From positions 1-32,460 of the forward strand of contig JAGQYU010000067.1 of the NCBI GenBank assembly GCA_020435885.1: a stretch of 32,460 bases of DNA, in the 5' to 3' direction. Source of the DNA: Flavobacteriaceae bacterium. Its GTDB lineage: Bacteria; Bacteroidota; Bacteroidia; Flavobacteriales; Flavobacteriaceae. Shown here in pieces: positions 10,033-19,883 of this stretch. Every line of letters begins with the position of its first letter. Positions within the stretch are counted from its first letter, which is position 1. The notes beneath the pieces were generated by a model that saw nothing but the letters and a program-made list of their open reading frames with translations, ran no database searches and was not told the origin of the DNA. The position numbers and the translations under genes are program-made.

Positions 10033-10200
10033 AAAGAGAGTTGTATATAGCTTACAAGATTCCTTAGTTAGCAATTTTTTTATAGCAATCATCTACCGGT
10101 TGATTAATGTAGTATTTTACCATGATTGCCCATTGCCTTGCTTTTACCGTAGAGTGAAAGGCAAAAAAGGAATTATAAGTTTCTATAACAACTCTCGTTT
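10033..10200. ncRNA. Candidate structured RNA or structured DNA element (unassigned)
   Basis: Nested inverted repeats GAGAGTTGT/ACAACTCTC, ATTCCTT/AAGGAAT, GCAATCAT/ATGATTGC, TTGCCTT/AAGGCAA. Confidence 0.4.
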
Positions 10201-10319
10201 AAACTGGTTAATTCTGATTTTTATGGTATTGCTTTTAGTAGCTTAAAAGCATGTTAATTCTATGGTGACTAAAATACGGTTTAGCGGTAACTTTGTATTA
10301 TGGTAAAACCACAAAAATT

Positions 10320-10336
10320 TTACGGGAAAACCGTAA
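10320..10336. promoter_or_regulatory. Palindrome TTACGG-N5-CCGTAA (copy 1)
   Basis: TTACGGGAAAACCGTAA; near-identical copy at 11852-11868. Confidence 0.5.
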
Positions 10337-10629
10337 TTTGAGTATAAAAAGAAGTAGTTACGCAACTTAAGTTACTTAAATAAGAATTTAGTTAACTACT
10401 CATCTTTTTTATAGGTAGTAATTTATACGTTTTGTTAGATTGATGTATGATGTTTTGAATAAATGTTGCCCAAAACAAGTAGCACTTATAAAAATGAGTA
10501 AAAGAATAAGGTTTTTCTAAGCATAATATAGCAACAAAAGTTAGCTTAAGCTGAATGTGTTCTATAGGTGAAATAATGCGGCAGCTTACTAAAAGTGCTA
10601 ATTTTAGGTTAGTAACATATTTAAAATAA

Positions 10630-10663
10630 AATAGCGGTTTAAGTGCAAACTTGAACCACTATT
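10630..10663 (-). terminator. Hairpin/terminator downstream of the SDH protease and small ORF pair
   Basis: Minus strand AATAGTGGTTCAAGT-TTGC-ACTTAAACCGCTATT followed by TTATTTT. Confidence 0.6.
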
Positions 10664-10687
10664 GTATTTATACGTTGTTGCGTAGTG

Positions 10688-10885
10688 TTATTTCCTATTT
10701 AAATTAGAATAAGTTTGTTCACCTAATGTGTCTGCTAATGGAAAACTGTAAGTGGTTTTTTCAGATTTTTCCACATTCCCTAACATTTTAATAGTTTCAT
10801 CAAATCTGGAAATCTGCTCGAACTTATTTTTTTCCTCTTTAGTCTTATTGACTATTTGCTCTACAAGTTTTGCTATATTTTCCAT
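10688..10885 (-). CDS. Small hypothetical protein (65 aa, MENIAKL...), probably co-transcribed with the SDH protease
   Basis: ATG at 10885 lies 10 nt after the protease stop; charged helical sequence. The ORF-track start at 10945 overlaps the upstream gene. Confidence 0.6.
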   Translation of the reverse strand: MENIAKLVEQIVNKTKEEKNKFEQISRFDETIKMLGNVEKSEKTTYSFPLADTLGEQTYSNLNRK

Positions 10886-10895
10886 AAATACAAAT

Positions 10896-11756
10896 TTATA
10901 TAAATTTTCTTGTGTGAAAAAACATTTCTCCGTTATTTCGACCAATATATTGGCATATTAGGTCGTTATATTCTCTAATAATTTTAGTTAAAATAGGCTC
11001 CCCTGAATAATCTTCGATTTTGAGTTTTAGTATATGAGTTAAAGCCGACACCCCTATTGAACGACCATGAGAGTGCCATATTTTGTTATCTCCTAAATCT
11101 CTTGCAATTTCTGTAGCTCTATCCTCTTTTTCTTTCAATGTTACAGGATTTCCTGTCGAATTATGAGTGTTCCAATTTTTAAACTTATATTTTACTAACC
11201 ATTCTTTTAAAAGTGCAATTGTTAAGTCTCTGGCTTGTTCGTGTCTTCTCAACATAGCTAAATCTTGTTCTCTTAACATTATCAACTCTGCTTGTGAAAT
11301 TGTTCCTGCAATTGATTTATTTATTAATTCTTCCACTTTGTCAAGATAACCTAAAGCTGGCACCCAATTTTTTCCATTATATACTTGTGGGTCAATTGGT
11401 CCAAGAGAAGATGAGTAGTCCATATAAATAGCATCTCCCGATAGACAAAATATTGTTCCAGCTGAATATGCTGCATCAGGAACTATGAAGTTTACAGTCT
11501 GATAATGATGTCGAGTTATTTTAACTAATCTTTCGACAGTTTCAGCACTACCTCCAGGCGTGTTAAGCATTATAAATAAAGTATCCTTTGTGTCAGGTTC
11601 AGCTTTTAATTCTTCTACCAAATCTCTAAAAGGTTTGTCAAGAGAATCAGTTATAGGGCCATAATAAAATAAAAAGTCCGAATCAAAATGATTTTCAAGT
11701 TCTCCTAATCTTTTGTTTAGGATTTCGTGCAATGTTGAATCAAATATTGGTTTCAT
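10896..11756 (-). CDS. SDH-family (serine dehydrogenase proteinase) ClpP/crotonase-fold serine protease
   Basis: LNTPGG, AYSAGT nucleophile Ser, SLGPIDPQ, WHSHGRSI motifs. Confidence 0.85.
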   Translation of the reverse strand: MKPIFDSTLHEILNKRLGELENHFDSDFLFYYGPITDSLDKPFRDLVEELKAEPDTKDTLFIMLNTPGGSAETVERLVKITRHHYQTVNFIVPDAAYSAGTIFCLSGDAIYMDYSSSLGPIDPQVYNGKNWVPALGYLDKVEELINKSIAGTISQAELIMLREQDLAMLRRHEQARDLTIALLKEWLVKYKFKNWNTHNSTGNPVTLKEKEDRATEIARDLGDNKIWHSHGRSIGVSALTHILKLKIEDYSGEPILTKIIREYNDLICQYIGRNNGEMFFHTRKFI

Positions 11757-11769
11757 TTCGTTTTTTTAT

Positions 11770-11814
11770 ATTGTGTACAACAATTGGATATACATATTAT
11801 GCATATATCCAATT
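11770..11814 (-). other. Putative recombination (attI/attC-like) site upstream of the protease gene
   Basis: 11-bp inverted repeat AATTGGATATA/TATATCCAATT abutting minus-strand GTTGTACACAAT, 13 nt before the ATG. Confidence 0.4.
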
Positions 11815-11850
11815 TAACTACACTAATATACCAATAAAATATAAATTTCT

Positions 11851-11869
11851 ATTACGGTAAAACCGTAAT
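11851..11869. promoter_or_regulatory. Palindrome ATTACGGT-AAA-ACCGTAAT (copy 2)
   Basis: Perfect 8-bp inverted repeat with 3-nt spacer. Confidence 0.5.
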
Positions 11870-11945
11870 TTTCAAGTAGATAAATAGTTGCTAACAAGCA
11901 ACAAATGTTGCACTTGTAAGCTGTCAATAACCGTACCTTTATACC

Positions 11946-12839
11946 ATGCAACAGAAAGGATATGTAAAAGGTATTTTACTGGCGTTTGTATCGGTCATAG
12001 CGGTTTCAAATGTGTATATTTTCAGTAAAGCGGCTCTAATGGAGGTAAGCCTGCCACAGTTTGGTGTCTATTGGTTTTCCTTTGGCTTGCTATGGGCGCT
12101 TATCTATGCTTGTTCGCAAAAAACATTCCGTACTATTACAACATTTGCTAAACGTAATTATTTGATATTGTTTGTATTAGGTATTATAGAGGTTGTAGGT
12201 ACGTATTATTTCTTTAAAGCCATACATACTATTTCAAACCCGGCACTGGTATCTTTTATTGGCAATTTATCTCCGGTATTTATCATCACCTTAAGTTTTT
12301 TTATACTAAAAGAAAGGTTCAATTTATTGGAGTTTTTTGGGATGGTCTTGGCAATTTTCGGTGCTTTTATCATCAGTTACAAAGGCGATGCTAATTTGCA
12401 AGGCATGTTTATTGACGGAGCGCAATATGTGTTGTATTCAAGTATTTTTGCGGCTATCAGTGCAGTGATCATCAAAAAGAATATCGATAAAATAAACCCC
12501 ATTATACTTACCACCAACCGCAGTTTGTTTTTGTTGTTGTTTTCCATAGCAGCTTTAGTCTTTACCAACGATTCAATGAACATTAGTTTTAAACCCTTAC
12601 TGAATATTTTTATCGGTTCGCTATTAGGACCATTTTTAACGGTCATAGCCGGATATTTGGCATTGCAATACATTCCGCTTTCACGGAGGGCAGTTATCAA
12701 TAGCACACGGGGTCTTTTTGTACTGTTAGGGGCCTATCTTTATTTTGGTCAATTCCCCTCAACCGTGGCTATAATTGGAGGTTTACTTACCATTTTCGGT
12801 TTATTGCTCATTGCTTTTGGTAAGATCAGATCAACTTAA
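11946..12839 (+). CDS. DMT/EamA family transporter
   Basis: About 10 hydrophobic helices in two repeats; LSFFILKERF EamA signature. Confidence 0.88.
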   Translation: MQQKGYVKGILLAFVSVIAVSNVYIFSKAALMEVSLPQFGVYWFSFGLLWALIYACSQKTFRTITTFAKRNYLILFVLGIIEVVGTYYFFKAIHTISNPALVSFIGNLSPVFIITLSFFILKERFNLLEFFGMVLAIFGAFIISYKGDANLQGMFIDGAQYVLYSSIFAAISAVIIKKNIDKINPIILTTNRSLFLLLFSIAALVFTNDSMNISFKPLLNIFIGSLLGPFLTVIAGYLALQYIPLSRRAVINSTRGLFVLLGAYLYFGQFPSTVAIIGGLLTIFGLLLIAFGKIRST

Positions 12840-12912
12840 TGGAGTAAAAACCTGTTGTATCAACATGCCGAATCAATAAAATAATGTTTATTTTTAGGCA
12901 TTATTTCTGTAA

Positions 12913-15569
<2,657 letters not shown>

Positions 15570-15621
15570 AATTTGTCCTTTGTACATAATGATTTTTATC
15601 AAATGTAGTTTATGCAAAAAT

Positions 15622-15651
15622 AAAAACTCCTGACAATTATCAGGAGTTTTT
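15622..15651 (-). terminator. Intrinsic terminator after the porin gene
   Basis: AAAAACTCCTGA-CAATTA-TCAGGAGTTTTT. Confidence 0.85.
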
Positions 15652-15677
15652 TAATCCAAATAAAAATCTATGAACAA

Positions 15678-16730
15678 TTAGAACTTAACTTGAACTTGCA
15701 TTAACAAGGCACTGTCGTAGCTGCTAACACCAGGTTCAACGTAGTATTCATAGTTAAGTTGCACTCTTGTTTTATCGTTAAAGAAGTAATTCAAACCAAA
15801 GGTCATTAATTCTTGGTATCCTAATATTTTGGTATCAAGGTCTGCATCAAAATATTCATATTTGAATACTGGGTGCAATTTACTGTCTTCAGGAGCATAC
15901 CAAGCCATTAGATAGGCACCTTGTCTTTGTTCTCCTAATTCCATTGGAGTTGATCCGCAACCACCTTCTGCAGCTCTGTTATAATCACCTTCATCATGGA
16001 TATATTCACCTTGTAAGTTAAAGCCTTTGTAGTTTAACTGAGCTTCAAAACCGTAAGTAGTACGATCATTATCATCATTGTTTGGATATCCGTAACGGAA
16101 GCTGGCACCCACTGACATAAAGTCGAACAATTTATAATTGGCACGTCCTATAACGTCTTTTTTATTGTTGTTGTCTTTAATTCCTAATCCTCTACCATTC
16201 ATTAAAGCTAATGCATAACGGAACTTATCATTTTTACCAAGTATTGTTGCTCCGATGTCTCTTTGAGGAGATACTAATTGATTAGAAACGATTGATCTGT
16301 TAATAGTTGTTAAGCCATGGCAAGGAGTTTCTACTTCTAAACCAAAAGGTTGTTTGAATGAACCCATAGAAACTTTAAACATATCACTTTTTGTATAGGT
16401 TACAAAAGCGTCTAATAAGTACACATTACCGTCAGAAGCGATAAAATCACTAGCTTCTAGCATTACATAGTAAGAAAAACTACGGCTAACTTTACCACGT
16501 ACACCTAAACGAGCTCTTTTAAAGTAGAAAGAGTTGTCATTGTCAGGATCAGCAAAATGATAGTCATATTCAGGTTGAAAGAAACCGAATACTACTGGAG
16601 TCATATTATTTGCTCCGGCAGCAGCGCCACTTGCTGGAGCAGCATCATCCTCACAACCTTGAGCAAAGGAATTTGTAGAAAATAATAGAGAAACTGCCAG
16701 AGCAAATAGAAATATTATTCTTGTTTTCAT
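15678..16730 (-). CDS. Outer-membrane porin, OprO/OprP (anion-selective)-like, with three Cys
   Basis: Signal peptide ending SFA-Q, FKRARLGVRG, LLDAFV, GSFKQPFGLE, amphipathic beta strands, terminal VQVKF. Confidence 0.85.
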   Translation of the reverse strand: MKTRIIFLFALAVSLLFSTNSFAQGCEDDAAPASGAAAGANNMTPVVFGFFQPEYDYHFADPDNDNSFYFKRARLGVRGKVSRSFSYYVMLEASDFIASDGNVYLLDAFVTYTKSDMFKVSMGSFKQPFGLEVETPCHGLTTINRSIVSNQLVSPQRDIGATILGKNDKFRYALALMNGRGLGIKDNNNKKDVIGRANYKLFDFMSVGASFRYGYPNNDDNDRTTYGFEAQLNYKGFNLQGEYIHDEGDYNRAAEGGCGSTPMELGEQRQGAYLMAWYAPEDSKLHPVFKYEYFDADLDTKILGYQELMTFGLNYFFNDKTRVQLNYEYYVEPGVSSYDSALLMQVQVKF

Positions 16731-16749
16731 AAGATTACTTTTTATTTTA

Positions 16750-16830
16750 AAAGCCCTAAAAACGATCGATTCTGGAATAAAAACATTATTAACTATTATA
16801 TGGATAATGCTAATGTGTTTTTAGGGCTTT
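16750..16830. repeat. 14-bp perfect inverted repeat enclosing 53 nt in an intercistronic region
   Basis: AAAGCCCTAAAAAC (16750-16763) and GTTTTTAGGGCTTT (16817-16830). Confidence 0.8.
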
Positions 16831-16847
16831 GTTTACATTTTTTTAAT

Positions 16848-17843
16848 TTATTGAACTAACGGTAAAGATTTAGGTTTGCTATCAACTCCCCATTGGTTAC
16901 TTGAAAATGCACTATTGGAGTTGTACATACCATTCATACCAAAAGTTAAGCTATAGGCGTCATAACCTAGTACTCTTAAACATGCTGTAACCACAGCAGA
17001 AGTTTGTCCTGTATAACAATAGGTAACAACTTTAGCTTCAGGGTCTAATCCTCTATAACTGTTATCAGCTAATGTTAATGGATTGATTCTGTAAGCTCCA
17101 TTGATGTGGCCAAAACCAGTATAATCAGCAGAACTAAAGAAGTTGTTTATAAAGTAATTATTTGGGCTATTTAAGACATCTGTACCTTTAACAGTTTTGA
17201 AGCCTTCTTGCACAGCTAGCTCAACACGGCTTTTTAAAATATTTTCTCCAATTGTTGATAAACTAGATATTTCTGGATCATCATATACATTGTTTGATGG
17301 GGCTGCACCGTATGACCAATTTGCATGGCCATTAGCTTCATTACCAACAGCATTGTTCCATGCATAAGCAGTATTTTCATTCCAACCAGACATACCCCAT
17401 TTCAATGCTTGAGTGTTAGAATAACCATACATACGCATCAAAGCAGTTGCATAACATGCAGTTTGTCCTGTATAACAAACAACCAAAGCTGGTTTACCGG
17501 CAGCTTGTGCAGCAGCACCTTCAGTAAGAATATTAGCAAAAGCTACATTCTTAGCTCCAGCAATATGTCCTTTAGTTGTAAAATCAGCCGCACTTCTAAT
17601 ATCAATTATATAGTATTTGTTTAAGAAAGCATCTAGATCAGCATCAGCTGGAGCTCCAGCGACAAAGTTTATACCATTGTTTATTACTTTATTGATATCA
17701 AGATCATTTGTTATCATATAATCTTTCATGGTTGTAAACGCCGGTGTAATAGTAGTTTCCGGTGTATCACCTTGATCACATGATGTTAAGAATAGTGAAG
17801 GAATCAGTAAGAGTCCTATTAAGATTAAATGTAACCTTTTCAT
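16848..17843 (-). CDS. Tandem-domain rhodanese (sulfurtransferase) lipoprotein
   Basis: Lipobox LTSC; IIDIR..GHIAGA and GHINGA; two active loops CYTGQT. Confidence 0.9.
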   Translation of the reverse strand: MKRLHLILIGLLLIPSLFLTSCDQGDTPETTITPAFTTMKDYMITNDLDINKVINNGINFVAGAPADADLDAFLNKYYIIDIRSAADFTTKGHIAGAKNVAFANILTEGAAAQAAGKPALVVCYTGQTACYATALMRMYGYSNTQALKWGMSGWNENTAYAWNNAVGNEANGHANWSYGAAPSNNVYDDPEISSLSTIGENILKSRVELAVQEGFKTVKGTDVLNSPNNYFINNFFSSADYTGFGHINGAYRINPLTLADNSYRGLDPEAKVVTYCYTGQTSAVVTACLRVLGYDAYSLTFGMNGMYNSNSAFSSNQWGVDSKPKSLPLVQ

Positions 17844-17888
17844 AATTAGTTTGTTTTGATTATTATTATTTTATAGATTCAGTTTTTA

Positions 17889-18878
17889 TTATTCTACTAC
17901 TGGGAAATTTTTGATCTCGTCTTTAGAGAAACCATTCCAGCCTTTTTCTACTAAAGTTTTGTTCATATAACCATTAGCACCGTAGGCTAAATTGGCTACG
18001 TCATAACCTAGTACTTGTAAGTAAGCTACTACATAGGCTGCATGTTGCCCTGTTAAACAATTAACAAGAACTTTTTTATCAGTAGGTAGTGTATAAAGAT
18101 CTTCAGTTGAAGAAAGAGATTTATTCGGTTGATATAACACGGCACCTTTAACATGGCCTGTATTATATTGTTCTTCATTCATATAATTTACTACATAGTA
18201 ATCTGATGGATTTTCAACAGCTACATCAGGGTTTACAACAAATTCTTTATAAGGTTTTGCAAAAGCTTCAACTATGCGTTGTTGTAAAATATCTTTAGCC
18301 TCTGTTTTACCGGTGTTTATTGTAGGAACATTTCCTTTTTCAGGCATTGGATTTGCAGTAGTTTCTAATTTATCTGAATAATCATTTGCAGTATTTTTTG
18401 TCCAGATGTTTGCTGCAAAATCATCAGCCCAAGAGCTCATTCCCCATTTAAGGTTGTATACGTTGTTATATCCGTATAGTCTTAGTAAACTGGTGTAGTA
18501 AGCTGCTGATTGACCTGAATAACATACAATAGTAATTTTATCGTATGCAGTTGGGTCAATTTCATTTTGAAAATACTCTAGTAATTTTGGGCCTTCTACA
18601 TTTTTAGCATTTTTAATATGTCCGTAAGAGAACCAGCTATCGCTTCTAATATCAAGAACTAAATATTTATCATTCTTAAGATTATCTTTGATCTCTTCTG
18701 GAGTAATAATGGCAGGAGCCATATCACTATTGATAAAGTTTCCGTTTGCTTCAAGATAGGCAACTAATTTTCCAAATTCTGAAGTAGGATCTACATCCTG
18801 TTGTTGTATACTTTTAAAACCGCTGAATACTACAGCAGCCATAAAAAGCAAGATAAAATATGATTTAATGTTTTTCAT
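17889..18878 (-). CDS. Exported tandem-domain rhodanese (sulfurtransferase)
   Basis: N-terminal signal/anchor; LDIR..GHIKNA and GHVKGA; active loops CYSGQS and CLTGQH. Confidence 0.9.
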   Translation of the reverse strand: MKNIKSYFILLFMAAVVFSGFKSIQQQDVDPTSEFGKLVAYLEANGNFINSDMAPAIITPEEIKDNLKNDKYLVLDIRSDSWFSYGHIKNAKNVEGPKLLEYFQNEIDPTAYDKITIVCYSGQSAAYYTSLLRLYGYNNVYNLKWGMSSWADDFAANIWTKNTANDYSDKLETTANPMPEKGNVPTINTGKTEAKDILQQRIVEAFAKPYKEFVVNPDVAVENPSDYYVVNYMNEEQYNTGHVKGAVLYQPNKSLSSTEDLYTLPTDKKVLVNCLTGQHAAYVVAYLQVLGYDVANLAYGANGYMNKTLVEKGWNGFSKDEIKNFPVVE

Positions 18879-18920
18879 TTTACGATATATTTAATAGTTA
18901 ATAATCATTTTTTATAGACG

Positions 18921-19084
18921 TAAAATTACTTTGATTGAGAGGGTGTTTTTATGACTTTTGTCATGCATATATCTATATATAATCATTCTTCTTAGTAACA
19001 ATAGTTACAATTTAATATAATGATTATCAGATATTTATAATTTGCTATAAGTAGAAGGAAGAGTAGACTGTAACATCTGTTACG
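18921..19084 (-). promoter_or_regulatory. Promoter of the rhodanese-rhodanese-porin unit with three CRP-like palindromes
   Basis: -7-like TAATTTTA (minus, 18921-18928); TATGAC-N4-GTCATG (18950-18965), AGTAAC-N4-GTTACA (18994-19009), TGTAAC-N4-GTTACG (19069-19084). Confidence 0.7.
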
Positions 19085-19147
19085 ATGTGTTTAAAAAAAA
19101 TGTATTGTTAGGGTTATTATGGAGGGAAAATTAGAGGTAAGAAATAA

Positions 19148-19176
19148 AAAAAACTGCTTCTAAGAAGCAGTTTTTT
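19148..19176 (-). terminator. Intrinsic terminator ending the psr operon
   Basis: AAAAAACTGCTTC-TAA-GAAGCAGTTTTTT. Confidence 0.88.
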
Positions 19177-19194
19177 ATTAAAAATAATTTTGTT

Positions 19195-19806
19195 TTAACA
19201 ACCACCTTCAACCGGCAGTTTTTTCTTTTTCTTAACCGGAACAACTTGTTTAACCGGAGCAGGTTTTACTTCTTTTATAACAGGTTTTGCATTAGCTTCT
19301 TCAGCTTTTTTAACACTGTTATCAATAAAACCTTTTATATCTGCCACAGCAGTTTCTATGGTGGCAGGTTCTGTAATTAATTTATTATGGTCATAACTGT
19401 TTTTAACAGCCAAAACCTTTACATTACTATAACCTAGCTGGCGTAAAAGTATTAACGGAGTAACGGCATCATTAGGAGTATTTCCATAAAGAACTATGTT
19501 ATCCTTGGTTTTGAATACATTAATAGATTCATCTGTTAACAAATCAGTAACAGGGATATTAATAGCTCCCTCTAAATGGCCTTTTTCATATTCATATTGA
19601 TTTCTAATATCAATAAGCTCAGTGCCTTCAGTCACATCTTTTTGGGCAATAATATAAGTATCTGCTGTTAGCTCAGTAAGTGCTTTTTTTGTGTCAACAA
19701 CATACATGTTTTTGGGTCTTTTAAAAGATAAGATACCAACAAGTACTACTAGTATGGTTAATACAGCAGCTATAGATATTCTTTTAGTTTTTTCTAACTC
19801 TTTCAT
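19195..19806 (-). CDS. Membrane-anchored rhodanese-fold protein lacking the catalytic Cys, with C-terminal GGC tail
   Basis: N-terminal TM helix; LIDIR..GHLEGAINIP; active-loop position IVLYGNT has no Cys; only Cys is the last residue. Confidence 0.85.
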   Translation of the reverse strand: MKELEKTKRISIAAVLTILVVLVGILSFKRPKNMYVVDTKKALTELTADTYIIAQKDVTEGTELIDIRNQYEYEKGHLEGAINIPVTDLLTDESINVFKTKDNIVLYGNTPNDAVTPLILLRQLGYSNVKVLAVKNSYDHNKLITEPATIETAVADIKGFIDNSVKKAEEANAKPVIKEVKPAPVKQVVPVKKKKKLPVEGGC

Positions 19807-19883
19807 AAAAGTCTATTTTTTAAGTTTACTTAACAACCTCCTTCAACGGGTAGTTTTTTCTTTTTCTTAACCGGAACAACTTG
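19195..19883 (-). repeat. 54-nt direct repeat (19195-19248 and 19830-19883) encoding QVVPVKKKKKLPVEGGC-stop
   Basis: 51 of 54 nt identical by manual alignment; all three differences are synonymous third positions. Confidence 0.95.

Noticed and set aside
10064-10123. Type I toxin peptide inside the structured element (MVKYYINQPVDDCYKKIAN, minus strand)
   Set aside because: Not hydrophobic, only 19 aa and no other coding evidence
10200-10690. CRISPR array or IS element in the long intergenic region
   Set aside because: No regularly spaced identical repeats, transposase remnant or terminal inverted repeats with target duplication could be seen
19195-19197. Selenocysteine read-through after the GGC tails
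   Set aside because: Both tails end in TAA rather than TGA, and the island ORFs are uninterrupted
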